Source: Octopus sinensis
Taxonomy: Eukaryota
Assembly: GCF_006345805.1 (NCBI RefSeq)
Contig: NW_021836000.1
Span: 186,001-250,000, forward strand
DNA: 64,000 bases
Direction of reading: 5' to 3'
In this document: positions 12,431-25,800 of the stretch, piece by piece
How positions within the stretch are numbered: position 1 is the first letter of the stretch
How the letters are laid out: the number at the start of each line of letters is the position of its first letter
The notes under the pieces: model-generated
Told to the model about the DNA's origin: nothing
Databases searched by the model: none
Seen by the model: the letters and a program-made list of their open reading frames with translations, nothing else
Program-made: the position numbers and the translations under genes

Positions 12431-14659
12431 TAAAACATTGATAATTTTTTCCTAAAAATAAATTCGGAAAAAACTCGGTCTTGTATTGGACATTTGTAAA
12501 TGTTTATAAATGTATCAGAAATATTGTATAAAAATTGATAAATGAAAATAAAATTATCTTCGGATTCCTTTAAAGAGCCGACAAATAAATCCAATATATA
12601 AAATGCCCATAATTTAAGTTCTTGTGGGCACTAATAAAATATGTAATTTTTAAAACTTGAAAGATAAATTTTTCAAGGACAAGGACGATATGTTTATAGT
12701 GAGATATTGCATTAATTCCTGTCTTTTTTAATTCAATCAAAGTCGTTTGGCTGACTGATGGGTATTTTATGGTTGAAAGCTGTTAAAGTTATGGATATCA
12801 ATTTTTATCACCACGTGAATAAATTTATTTACATTGTCCATTAGAATTATTGTGTAATCATAGTTTATTAAATAAACAAGTTTTATTTGAAAATAACAAA
12901 AAACCAAAAAATTAATAAAAATCAAAAATATTGTATCTTCATCGTCTGACGAATACTGAAAAATAAATTATAAAGAATTCTCTTCAAAAAAATAAATATC
13001 TTATATTTCAAGAGAGTTCGTTTCGCCATTATGTGACGTTAGTTTAAAATTTACTTCAAATTTTAACAAGCGTCGATATGGCATTTATTCTGGTTGGATT
13101 ACACGAATTTAGGATTTTTATTGTAATTTATAATTTAATGCTTCCCATTTCAATCTTATAAGCGATATCAGTTATGTTGGCTACATAGAATAAAATCGTT
13201 TCATATTTTAAGATAAATTATATTTCAAATTTCTCATTTTTCATTTCTCTGCTTTATAAAAATAGTTTATTATTAAGGGTTTTTAATTTTTAAAATTTAA
13301 AAATTTTAACAATTTCAATATTTCTAAAAATATTGTCCTCGACGCTAAGTCATTGCTTTCCATAAGTCTTCTAAATTGTACGCCTGTATATTAGACACTC
13401 ACTATTTTTGTAACCGTCGGTATTCCACAATGATAAGTAATCATTTAGCGGATTATTTGTAGCCTATTATAATCAATCAAATAAACAAATCAAATATGAC
13501 TGGGCAATCCAAATTAGTTATTGGCAACACAGGAAGCAAGCAATTCACATCTAAAACCATCTGGGACCAACAGTAGATCTTAGACGGTAACAGAAAGGTT
13601 AATATCTTCTATTATTTATTTCCATTAACATTTGAAAGATTATTTTTTTGGTTAGTCCAAATTTATTAAAGTGTAATTAATTATTTTAATTTTTAAAGTT
13701 GAAATTGAATTGTTATAATTTAATAAAACTATTCTTTCCAATTCCTCAACAAATAGAATTTTTCAATCAAAAATATTATCGTTAAAATTCAGTTTGGTTC
13801 ACTTTAGCGAAATATTCTGACAACCAACACAGGTAGGGAACGGTTTATAATAAAAAAATAAAAGTTAATTTAAAAATTTAGATTTCAAATTGAGAACAAT
13901 TGGCATTTCGTTTTTTTGAAAGCAAAATTGTGAGAAATTGTGTCTTATTGAGTTGTAAAGAATTCTTAAACACATATTAATCATGAACCAAAATTGAAAA
14001 CATTGAATGACCTTCAATTTATAAATCCTGTCTCTATCTGAGATTAAACATAGAAATTATAATTGTTAACTTCATTTTTATTAAACGATTAAAAGAAATT
14101 AACGTTCATGTAATTTGATATCAAAATATTAATACATTCATGTAGAATCAGCACTTTAAAAGTTAAAAAAACAGGGATTGCCTGTAGTGGACTATTTTAT
14201 AATATTTTATTATAAACGTAAAAGAAACATCATGATAAACAAATAGAACTTTATTCAAATTCAAATTACCAAAGAAATTAACAATTATACTAAAACTTTG
14301 CTCAATAAATTGTACATCCTATTCAATTACTTGATAAAAACTGATCTTGTCGGGTTATTTAATTATTTAGGTAAAAAACCAAAAATAGAACAATGTTTGA
14401 TTCCGTAAAGAAAACTTGTTCTATGGTAGATTCCGATAAGAAACTAGCAAACAATCAAAAATATAATTCTTTCATTAAATCAATAAAAAAATATGTATTG
14501 CCTGAACATTCAAAATTTATAAATTCTGTAACAAAAATTTGAGAAACATTGTAGATAGAGTGTAAGGACCTCAGAGACTGCCATCATAATCATCATGCAA
14601 TATTAATTAATGATTTAACTATTTTAGTTAGTTAATAGAACTTAATAGAATTTTAGAGT

Positions 14660-15615
14660 TTTCTGGATGAAGATAATACATGGCTGATCCGTTTTCTTTT
14701 ATCTAGTACTGAATAAGCTGTACGGCTTAGGAATATGACATCGATGCTTTTCACGACTACGGTTGGAACACCTCAGGGAGACTCTCTATCTTGAATTTTA
14801 TTCATCTTATACGGGGAGGCCTCACTGAGAGCTCTCAGAATTAAATGTGGAGGACCTGGCATATGAAATCATTATATATGCAGATGGCATAGACTTTGAG
14901 TCAGAAAAGTATTTGGAATTCAAACTTGTTTTTAAAAAAATTCCCAACGAATTTAAGAATTGGTCCCTACATGTTAATAAAGAAAAGACCGAACACATAA
15001 GAATTACAAGGGAATTAAAACATTGATGAAAACTAAAGGAAAAAAGGAAACTGAGATCGCTACTTTATGATAGCAAGGACATGATATATAAAAGAGTGCT
15101 ATCCAGTCCAATGTATAAGAAAATGCAAGTCGACCAAAGCTAATAAAAACAAAACTCTGAATAAGGCTATACAACTCGTATATAAAACCGTACTTGTCTA
15201 CAACTCGAGTACATGGAGAGTCACAGAGTTAGAACTCAAGAAAATAGACACATTTTATCGAAAGCTATTACGCAATTTACTCAGCCTAGATTGGGCAACA
15301 AAGATTTCCAACAAGAAATTGTACTCTATGAAATAATTGGTTCCAATAAGCACTGAAATTATCGAATCAAGATGGAGGCCATTTGGTCATGTACTTAGAA
15401 TTGACATAAACACTCCCGCAAAAATTACAATAGACAATTACTTTGACAATGAAAACAAAACATCCTTTAAAGAAAAACCTAGAGTCACTCTCCTTGTTCT
15501 TCTAAACAAGGCTCTTAATAAAATTGGAAAAAACCTAGAAGACGTGAGAAACAGATACCGATGGAGAAGCTTGGAGAATAAAATCTCGAAACGTGTGGCA
15601 CAAAAAAGACCTTAG
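14660..15615 (+). mobile_element. RTE-like non-LTR retrotransposon, degenerate RT to 3' end
   Basis: VGTPQGDSLS*ILFILY, IIYADGIDF, and ESRWRPFGHVLRID. Confidence 0.8.
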
Positions 15616-16244
15616 TTAATTTACATTCTTTGTTCTGTGAACGTGCTTTTAAAAATAATAGAACTCGTATACACAAAATATTTAGGAAATTTGTGCACTT
15701 TAAACACTTTAAACACTTCAAGTGCAGATCTGTTAAAAGTTTGATTAAATTTTGTAAAAAAATATTTTATTTCTTATATCCCGAAAAATTCTTTTTCCTA
15801 TTAAATTTGAATAGAATACTTAATTTTAACTTACTGGTATAAATTTTGAGAAAAGTAGACATAATAAAAAACTAAAAAAGATTTAGATTAAATCGACTTA
15901 AAAATCATTTACTTTTAATTCTAAAAATATGGTTTTCCCATTATAAATCCATAATTGTTGTGGTTGCCACTCCTTTAATTGTAGACTACTGACATATTTA
16001 TAAATAGTAAACTTTTAAAAATTATAAATTTAAAATGATTCAGATAATCAAAAAACAACAAATCTAACATCTTACAAAAATTAATAAATTTAAGATATTT
16101 TCAAAGAAGAAAATAAGATTTTATTTAATTTAAATTATAATTTTTTTAACATTAAAAAATAATTTTTTGACTTTTTACCCTGGGCTGAATATAATAATCA
16201 AATTTTAAAATCAAAAATTATTTTGTTGTCTAGAAGAGAATCAC

Positions 16245-16463
16245 ATGTTAGATAATACAATGGATAAATTGTATATACAAAGTTTTTTTTTAATTTGCAG
16301 AAACTTTCGAGAGGAAAACAATCAGCTTACATCTGAAAATGATCTGTATTCTAAAATATTAAATCTAAAAAGATATCTATTTTCAGAAAGCGAAACTGAT
16401 AGCGATGCCGATAGCATTGAAACAATTTCAGTGTTTGGGGATACTTCCTTGTCTGATTTTTAG
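16245..16463 (+). CDS. Small acidic protein, paralog A (hypothetical)
   Basis: ORF with an in-frame 30-nt GT-AG intron (16271-16300). The C-terminus DSIETISVFGDTSLSDF resembles paralog B. Confidence 0.45.
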   Translation: MLDNTMDKLYIQSFFLICRNFREENNQLTSENDLYSKILNLKRYLFSESETDSDADSIETISVFGDTSLSDF

Positions 16464-17233
16464 CATTTTTATAATGTTGGAATTTCAATAATTTTCTGTT
16501 TTATATAGATTTAGGGTTATTAATAAGAGAATTATCACTGAATATAATCTGAAAACTCAGACTAATCGGTTAATGTTAGCTATTTTGATTTTAATGGATT
16601 CTTGATCAAAACAAATCAATATGCTCATCTTTGAATAGACATTCAAACCAACAAATTCTATTTACATTCAAAAAATTATAAAGAATAAAAACACATGCTA
16701 TTGCGGTGATTAGCATTTTTGATCCCATTAAACTTAAATTCAAACTGTAGAACGTCTCAATATCTTAGATCGACTTTCTAGGAATATTGTTTCAATGCAT
16801 GAAAATTTCATTAAAAAAATATTTTGAAATCATTTTAAATTGTCAACAAAATTGAACATACATTTATTTGAAGCTGTGTTTTTTTATTTTTTAACTTTTT
16901 TAATTAGACTTTCAACTGTTACCTAGAAGTATTTTTGATGGAATTAAATTCCAAAATAATTAGAATTTTTAAAAAAATCGATTTTATATGTTTATTTTAG
17001 ATAAAAAGAGTCTGATTTTTATCTTCTAACAAAAAAAGTTACACTTTCAAAATTCATCTAAAATTTTAAATCAAAATAAACATTTATTAATTATTTTTTT
17101 ATTAATTCGAACACTAATCGAACTTTTATTTTTAACTTTATTAAAATTTGTAAAAATAATATGTTTAAGCAAATTGGAAAATTTTAAATTCTAAAAAATG
17201 TTTTTAATAAATTAGATCTGATATTCGGTATAC

Positions 17234-17517
17234 ATGAAAAGAAAACCAAACGACATATCAGATATAACGTTTGAAAATAATATTTTTAATTAAATTTAAT
17301 TTAAAAAAACTTATAGAGACTCGAGCAATGCAAAATTCCAACACATATCAGATAAATTAACGTTTGTTAAAATATTTAAAAATTATTAAAAATCGTTTTT
17401 AGAGAGTTGCTTGAAGAGTTAAATGAGGAATTCAACGACCAATTTTTGTTCGACAGCGAAAGCGTTGGGACCGTTTCAGTTTGCGGAGACTCATTTCTAT
17501 CGGACACAGAGATCTAA
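17234..17517 (+). CDS. Small acidic protein, paralog B (hypothetical, 64 aa)
   Basis: Exons 17234-17268, 17317-17361 and 17403-17517 with GT-AG introns give an open frame ending DSESVGTVSVCGDSFLSDTEI*. Confidence 0.5.
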
Positions 17518-18010
17518 GTTATTCTTATAATATTAAACTAATTAACAATTTCAATTTTTGGTTTGAAAATAACATAAAAGAATTACCACATAATATTTGT
17601 TAATGTCAAAATTGCAACTCAATTTTGTCAACAAGTTAAATTCTCAAATTTTGCAATGATTTTTACATGATTAATATAAAAAATCAACATGTCAACAAGT
17701 TAATATAAAAAATCATGATTAACAATTTTCATATAAAAAAAATACCTAAAATCTTATTATACTTATTTTTAATCAAAAGAAGATATCGGAATAACTGTTT
17801 TAATAAATAATTGGGGATATGTCGTTTATGTTCAATGAGAGAAAATTTTTAAAATTAAAAAATAAACGTATTGTTAATATTTAAAGTTTTAAATCAATTT
17901 TACTGCTATCCAAAGATAAACTAATAAATATTTAATTATCAAACAAATTTCAAAAAATAATAAAATGATAAGAATTTATTGCCAACAATAAAAAATCCCA
18001 CAAACAATTA

Positions 18011-19026
18011 CTAATTACTCAACTTTTTCACATTACGGTTTCTAACACACGATTCTAAAATAAAAATAAGCAAAAAACCCAATCGTTTCATATCAACGCC
18101 AGAAAGCCACTCATTATTAGCAATATCTCCATCTTGTTCCACCCCGTTGACCTGAACTCCATTTTGAGGGAAAGTTCCCTTGGTCTGCTTCCCCCGTCTT
18201 CCTTTCTTCTAAAAACAAATATCATAAAAAGACCAAACAAAATATTTTTTCATAAACCGAAATCCAAAAATCGCAAATATCACGACACAAGCAATGCAAA
18301 TTAAAGACATAAAAAAACTAAAAATCAAATAACAAAAAAGTACGCTTCTCCGTCAAATGTATCCTCATTCTCCACCATGTAAACAAAAGTTGAAAAAACA
18401 TTTTCTTTTATCAACGTCGACTAACAAAATAATTATAAAATATACATTTTTATTAGAATACATTAAATTTAACTCCAAAATAAATTGATAGTGTGCATAG
18501 TCGGCTGGAACTTGAAAGGAATATAAAAATGTCCCTTCTTGGAGAGCAGGTATTGTTCTTGAATAATTTTTTGTAGTAAACTAATCGATAAATGTTTAAA
18601 AGTCACGTTTTGTATGTTGGAGCTATCTGGAGGGTATAAAAGTGAGGCAAATGCGGTTGCAACAGTCAAGTTGTTAAGTGAATTTAAATTTCGAACTGAA
18701 AATAAAATTTCGACGTATTTTTCAACAATAAATTCTATTTTTATATTATTTTTTATTACTTTCGGTATCATTCAATATTTTATAAAATATTTCAATTTCT
18801 TTCGTAGTGGCTTGATCCGAACTGTCAATAATTGGAGATAAATCCTCAGAATTCTAAATAATTTATAAATATACATCTTTTTGTTCATATATATCAGTAG
18901 TATAGTCCTCTTCAATAAATATATCATCGTCCTCCTGGCTATTTACTCGTAAATTTTGATATCCGAGTAATACTTGGTTATTAAAAGTATATTACTCTTA
19001 CATATTGTAATTAATAAAAGACGCAT
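18011..19026 (-). CDS. SSR1: Translocon-associated protein subunit alpha (TRAP-alpha)
   Basis: Signal peptide MRLLLITILLLG, acidic tract, then ASLLYPPD..IQNFT..GTFLYSF..LNLMY..VYMVENEDTFDGEAFFM, a TM helix and the cytosolic tail NEWL. The frame is open after removing eight 21-30 nt GT-AG introns. Confidence 0.85.
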
Positions 19027-19337
19027 CAAAATATTTTATAATGTGCCTACGTGTACACGAAATATATTATTTTATTTAATATTCAAAAAAATAAGAATAT
19101 TAAATTTTAAATAAATATAAAATAATGCCAATAAATATGCATTAAAAATAGTAAAATTTTTTTATAACTATAATCAAAATGATATACAAATCCTTCAATA
19201 AATATAGTTAACTTTAATTGTTGATCTTTATTAATTTTTAAAAATTAATTTATTTAAAATAAGTTGAATTAAAAATTTTAATTTATAATAAATAAATACT
19301 CCGGTAAACATATAAACCTCGTGGGACGTATACTTTG
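19027..19337. promoter_or_regulatory. Putative bidirectional promoter between SSR1 and RFC5
   Basis: 311-bp AT-rich spacer between two divergent start codons; positional inference only. Confidence 0.4.
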
Positions 19338-20610
19338 ATGAATCTTTCCATTGCTCACCCCTGGTTTACCTCATAAAAATAAAATCAAAGGATTGAAAAA
19401 TATAGACCAGATTTTTCTGAATTATCGTTACAGTCAAATATAAATCGAACAAGTTATATTTGTCAAAAAACAACAACATAGTAAAAAGACTAATAGATCA
19501 TGATGAAATCCCTCACTTGCTATTCTACGGTCCATCGGGGACTGGAAAGACGAGTACAGCAATGGCCATTGCCCACAAAATGTATTCAAAAAATGAAAAA
19601 AATGCCATGACTTTAGAGGTAATAATTTTTTGTGCTAATTTTAGCTCAATGCTTCTGACGATAGAGGAATTAATTTTGTAAGAGAAGAAATATTCTCGTT
19701 TGTTAGTACAAAGTCGCTTTTTGGGTTAAATTTTGTTGTTTGATTATTTTTTCTTAGAAATAAGCACAAATTGGTAATTTTAGATGAGGCAGATTCAATG
19801 ACCCACGACGCACAAAATGCATTACGTCGAAGTATATTTTATTTATTAATTAAAAAATTATTTATTTAAAAAATATATTTATTTAATTTTTATAGTTATT
19901 GAAGACTATTCTTCAAATGCCAGATTTTGTATTTTATGCAATTTTGTGTCCAAGATTATTTCGCCTATCCAGTCAAGGTGTATGAAATTTCGCTTTGGAC
20001 GTATTTCTGGAATAGTTGTCCGCCAAAGACTGTCACATATAGCCAATTTAGAATCGTAGACTTAATAAATATAAAATTAAAGAATATCCCTGGCCGAGGA
20101 GGCCTACGAAGCGATCGTTAGACTGTCCAATGGAGATCTTCGAAAGGCTATAAATATTCTGCAGAGTGTTTGCATGGCTTCTCCTCTTGGACATGACTGT
20201 GTTATCAAAGAGATTGACGTTTATGCCTGTACTGGTAACCCTACTCCTTCTGAGATGAAGAATATTATTGAAATAATATTAAATAATGATATTACATATT
20301 CTGCTAGGGGTTGATATTGGGAAATAAATGTTGTAGAGGTTTGGGATTGGATGTGTGAACAGAGCATTTCGTTGAGTGATGTGATAACTCAAGTCTTTGA
20401 TTTTTTTAAAAAAGGTTGTTTTTTGTGTTTGAATGTGGAATAGTAACGGTTGATGCAAAAGTGAGAATTAATTTGAATATTAAACTGAGTGAAATCGAGT
20501 TGGTTTTTTGGGTTATTTGTGGTAGGTATAGATTGGCGATGGGGACTAACGAAAAGATACAGTTGGGCTCACTTATAGCAGCATTACAGCTTTTACGTGA
20601 TTTTGAATAA
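19338..20610 (+). CDS. RFC5: Replication factor C subunit 5
   Basis: PW|IEKYRP, PHLLFYGPSGTGKTST, LE|LNASDDRGI, KLVILDEADSMTHDAQNALRR, IQSRC, GDLRKAINILQ, YRLAMGTNEKIQLGSL. The frame is open after removing eight GT-AG introns (mostly 26-33 nt, one ~64 nt). Confidence 0.95.
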
Positions 20611-20667
20611 TTTTTTTTGTTTTTAATGTTTTTTGACTTTTATTTCTTTCTAAAGTTAATGTTATTT

Positions 20668-22070
20668 TTAACTATGTTCAGCATCTGTTTTGGTAGGTTC
20701 TTTAAGTCCCGTTGGTACTTGAGTTTTTGTCGGTTTCTTGTGATTTTCTGTTAAAAATTGAGAAATTTGACTATCAATAATGAACTTGAGATTGTGTACA
20801 AATGTTTTTATGTTATTAAGTCACTCTTTTAAAGCTAAGTTTATAATAAGAAATTCATTATTTATTTGATTATTTCAAATAATGTTAATTTTATCCGGAA
20901 TTTAATTACTATCAACATTTAGGGAATTGGTATATATTTTTTTAATTTTAGTTTATTGGACGGTGGTTCTCATTTAATCCAACTATTGTTTTTATGCAAA
21001 TAAATTTTTCTTGAATTTTCAAAAAGATTTTCAAAATCTTAGTGTATTTTCTAATATATCAAACCATAAAAATCCGTGTTTTGGCTTCTATTTGATTTGT
21101 AGACAAATGTTTATATTCCATTCAAATTTTTTAGATAAAATTTTGTAATTTATTTGTTGAATTTATTCTCAAATTGGTTTTATGATTATGACATGGTGTG
21201 CCAAGTTCATCTAGAAAATTTTTTCTCTGACCATTTTTTGATATTCACGAGCCGCTATTTGCCGACCTCAGATTTTGCATAATTAATTCTTCCAAATATT
21301 TCAGCATTTCAATCAATTATTATTTTTTTAAGTAAAATAATTACCATCGCTCCAGAGATCTTTATTCAGGGAATTTATATTCTTTATTCAGAGTATCTCG
21401 GTGGCTGTTTTACGCGGGAATTGTCCCTCAATCCTGCGACCCGGTACTTAATAGCTAGATTTTTTAATTGTTTTTTGGCTTAAAAAATAATTAAACAATT
21501 TATTCTTGTTTTACAACCTGTTTAAATGAATCAGATAAATTCTATTTAACCAACAGATTAATATTAAAAAAAATTTGAATATCGGGTTGTAGTTTTGTAT
21601 CTGCATTTAAATCAGCTTTACAATTAGACAAGATTAAATAAATTGTGTTTGTTAATTAAAATTTCAGAGCATATTTTGGAGAATATAAGACCGATAATTA
21701 ACTGTAAGAATAATATTCTGTTTTTTGATGTTGTTTATTTTTTGATCTTAATTGAGGTGATTCTAATCTATTTTGTAATTTGATCTAACTGGTATTTCTA
21801 TTTTCATGTGATAGTGAACGTAGATTGCCTATATGTGCAATTTAAAATTTGAAACAAGATTAATATAATTGTTCAATTGCTTTAACCATGACTTAATCTT
21901 ATTTTTATAACTCTGCTTTTTCGAAGACTATTCAGACTATTTATCAAATTGGGTTTTTTATGCAGAACGTTACCGGGGTTCGGATGGAACATTTCCATCT
22001 TTTTAAAAAATTTTTTATTATGAATAAATATTCTATTATTTTGTAGAAGATTGCTGTCCGTTCTCAATCA
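20668..22070 (-). CDS. Possible divergent spliced gene (unresolved)
   Basis: Short open segments separated by GT-AG tiny-intron-like sequences (e.g. a 27-nt candidate near 21045-21071) and a terminal frame ending KEPTKTDAEHS*. A full model could not be built. Confidence 0.2.
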
Positions 22071-22379
22071 TTTCTTACCTTAATTACAAAGTCAGTCATC
22101 ATACTTCCTTAGCATTCATTAGGATGTTTCCACAAGTTTGTCAGTAGTACAACTGATTGACTCCTTACTAGATCATTCATTCATATAAATGTTGAACCAG
22201 TTTGATACAATTTATTTTAGGTTATAATCGTTGTTAGTTTTTTAAGTCTTTAGCGGGTCCTAAAGTCTTGAATGGGCTCCTTCAATTCTTTTATTTTTAT
22301 GCCTATTTATTTGTTTTTATATATGAATTTTGGAATATGTAAAATTATTTAAAGTAAATTTTTTGAAGTACCAAGAATG

Positions 22380-22602
22380 TCTGTTTCAAGGCAAAGATAA
22401 AGTAAAAATTAAACCATCACTGTCGCTTGTGTCAAAAACATGGAATCAACACTTATCATACTTGGGAAAGGTACTTCGGGGTGATGGCATAGAAAAAAAA
22501 ATCTTGCTATCTGCGTTTATAGGTATGAGAAAACAAGGAAGATCAAAGTTGAGTCAAACATCAATAGTCGTTAAAATAGCCGGAAATCATTTTTTTAATT
22601 GA
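22380..22602 (+). mobile_element. RTE-like 3' fragment
   Basis: LSYLGKVLRGDGIEKKIL...GMRKQGRSK resembles the RTE C-terminal Y.GH..R...G.R..GR motif. Confidence 0.55.
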
Positions 22603-22766
22603 AAAGCTAGTTAAAAACCTGGATTCGTGAATAAATTTGATCAATAAAAATCGACAAAGGCGTAATCGGCTAAATATAACTCAACTTTGCTTAAATTTTT
22701 TTATATACCTATCTCAAGTGTGGGTTAAAACTGGCTTTTTAATTTTTTACTAATTTTTTTAATAAA

Positions 22767-23548
22767 TGTGACCGGTTCATAATGAGATACGGTTGAATAC
22801 GAGCCGTTAAAAAGATCGATAATTAATATACCGATTCAAAAGGCCAATTACAATAAACGCACACGTTCCGAACTAATGATTGAACTTTAAATTTTTGAAA
22901 AAATGATGTTTTATATTTGAACCATGTTTGCTTTAAAATAGTAAAATTATTTACAACATTAGCAAATTATAATGTGAATTATTTTTATTTTTGATATTAT
23001 AAATTGCAACATTAGCAAATTACAAGTTTGTAACAACTTTAACTCTAATCTTAACTTTAACTCTAACTATAAATGATTTCAACGTTATTTATAAACATAT
23101 TCATCATAAAAAAGACACTAAAGAAAACAGACCCTAACCCTAATCCCTGACCCTGACGCTAACCCTGACGCTAACCCTGACGCTAACCCTGACGCTAACC
23201 CTGACCCTAACCCTGACCCTAACCCTGACCCTAACCCTGACCCTAACCCTGACCCTAACCCTGACCCTAACCCTGACCCTAACCCTGACCCTAACCCTGA
23301 CCCTAACCCTGACCCTAACCCTGACCCTAACCCTGACCCTAACCCTGACCCTAACCCTGACCCTAACCCTGATCCTAACCCTAACCCTAACCCTGACCCT
23401 AACCCTAACCCTAACCCTGACCCTAACCCTAACCCTAACCCTAATATGATTTAACGGCATTCACGCCATTTAACGGCTCGTATAACGCCACTTTGACGGC
23501 TCGTTTAACGGCTCGTATTCAACCTGGGCTCGTATTCAACCGGTCACA
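22767..23548. mobile_element. Non-autonomous TGT..ACA element (Ginger-type MITE) carrying a telomere-like array
   Basis: TIR TGTGACCGGTT at both ends, subterminal GGTTGAATACGAGCC repeats, and a 5-bp direct repeat ATAAA at 22762-22766 and 23549-23553. Confidence 0.8.
23132..23444. repeat. Interstitial telomere-like array, mainly (CCCTAACCCTGA)n
   Basis: About 52 hexamers: CCCTAA alternating with CCCTGA, four CGCTAA variants on the left and pure CCCTAA runs at both edges. Degenerate NNNTAA hexamers at ~23035-23072. Confidence 0.97.
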
Positions 23549-23949
23549 ATAAATAATTATATTTTTAATTAACATTGACTTCTGGTTATACATTGACATA
23601 GCCTGCAATAAAAAAGTAATAAAAAAATTAATAATACGTGAGATGTTTAACCAAAATGGAGTGAATTTTTTTCATACAGATCTAAGTCAGAACAACTACC
23701 AAAATGTCTTATTTCTACGGAAACCTCCAATGAAAATAAAAAATCAAATTTAGAGAGGAATTTTAAAATAAAGCACGCGATTTTTGTAAAAAAATATTCA
23801 ATTGATGACTCACGAAAGAAAGCCGTAGAAGAACCTGCTGAAAATATCCAGATTGAGAATTCAGTATTTAAAAATTGGCAACATTTTTAATATTATCCTA
23901 TCAATTTTAATTGATCATTTTTCAAGTATTTTTATAATTCTTGCATTAG

Positions 23950-25800
23950 AACGGGACATGATCCACCCTGGCAACCCATACATCACCACATGAAGAATAG
24001 CTACACGGAAAAAGAATAACAAAGTCTCCGGGGGTAGGCGAAATTTGATTAGGCACATAATAATTTGTGTAAACCGTTTTTTCCTTAGAATAATGTCTTC
24101 CTCACAGCTTCCATTTTCAGAAAATTGGACTCGCAGCTACAAAAACGATTGGATTCGATCGTATATGGCAAGGTTTTGACACTTATTGCTAATACTTTAG
24201 TGAGCGTGCACTTCTCAATTGACAGAATCAAGTACTTAACTGTTTTATTTGTTCTAAGTAGGTTTTTAGTTTAATTTCCGACGTCGTCGGAAGGGCTGCC
24301 TTGTCCGTGATAATAACGTCATCAGCATAAAAAAGCACATTCGTTGAGGTGACACAGATCTTGGAAAGTCTGCCAAATACACGTTAAACATTAATGGGCT
24401 AAAGAATAAGCCATGAGATACTTCCCTTTTTGGAGAATGGCTTTCGAATTTCGGCCAATATACTTGAAAAAAGGATTCCTCCCATTTATGTAGACATTAA
24501 AAGATATTTTGTTATTATTTCTTTTGTCAAATGTCAAAGTTCAACATTTCCACGACCAAACGTCCATTTAGAGAAAATTTCTTTTCTTTATTGTCTCGAT
24601 TCCGAAGTATCGTTTAAGTCTCAGTCTGGCAGCTGTCAGTTTGTGATCACTGTCAATTGTCGTTCTTCCGTAACTCCTAGAATTGGACAAAAATCTCTAT
24701 AATAAGATTAGGCAGGCAATATATTCGATTTAATTGTATCTAGATACAGCTGGCATGTTTGGATCTCCTAATGCTGACCCTGTTTACACCACTCCGGAGT
24801 TCATATCGAGGACAAAGTCGTAGCCGACACTGCTACTATTGTCATTTTAGGAGCTCCTATAGTGCGGCCAGTTATCTTCGAAAGAGAGTATCGAGTAAAT
24901 TCACGTTTATGCCTTTCAATACCAGCGTGAATTTTGACCTCAATTAATAAGTGGTTGTTTCCGATATCATCAAAACCTGTAGACTCTTCATCAGGTTGGC
25001 GACAGTTTAAAAGCAGATGCTCAAAAATAAGTTGTCTGGGTCGCTGGGCGAGTGGTGGTTTGAGTCTTGAGAATTTCTGACAAATACATCGTGCTTGTCA
25101 GTAACTTTCTTCAGTGTACGATCATCCTGGTTAATAGTCCGGCAGCCAAACGCTGTGTTTCGAGTTTAGGTCTGTAACGAGAAGGCAATGAGCTGTCCTT
25201 GAGAAGAAATCGTCGATCAAGCTGATGCAGGAGAATAGACTTTTGGAAGATACGCCTCCGCCCTGGATGACAGGTGTTTACTATCTCAACAAAGTCTTGA
25301 TGCTGTCTTTTGATAAATCGGGCATTCATAGCGATAATTTTTATAGGATCTATGTTGCTGGCGTGCTCCCCTCTAATAGGAGCTGTTGCAGCATCTCAGG
25401 TTCCAAACCGAGTTTTGTCAGGACTCCCACACAACAGCGAAAGAATTCCATAAGAGCATCTCTGTTGTACAGGTCCTGGTCTAAATGGGCATCTCTTTGC
25501 CGCAGGGTTTTGTCTCGAAGGGTGTTTGCCTCCTTGCGAGGACAGCCGAGCAGGTAGAGGCCTTCTCAGTTATTGAGGAAAGTTATGACCGCCTTCGCCA
25601 AAACATTTTAGTTTTCGAGAGCCTTGAATGCAGCTGTTTCCTCGGCGCACCGGAATTTCTATGTTTCTGGATTTCTTTCCTTCTTTTAATAAGTGTATTC
25701 TTCGTGGTTTTATCGTCTATTCGAACTTTGATCATATTATGCGTCTATTCGATTTCAGTTCTGAAAAGCAACGTCTCCGACAGGGAAATCACACATTTCA
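23950..25800 (-). mobile_element. APE-type non-LTR retrotransposon, degenerate
   Basis: APE motif LLVTDLNSKHSVW (~25150), RT motifs FSPLMFNVYLADFP and NVLFYADDVII (~24300-24420), thumb motif VMYGLPGW (~23970). Confidence 0.8.

Noticed and set aside
23140-23460. 106-aa (RV)n ORF
   Set aside because: Translation artefact of the hexamer array; no evidence of coding function.
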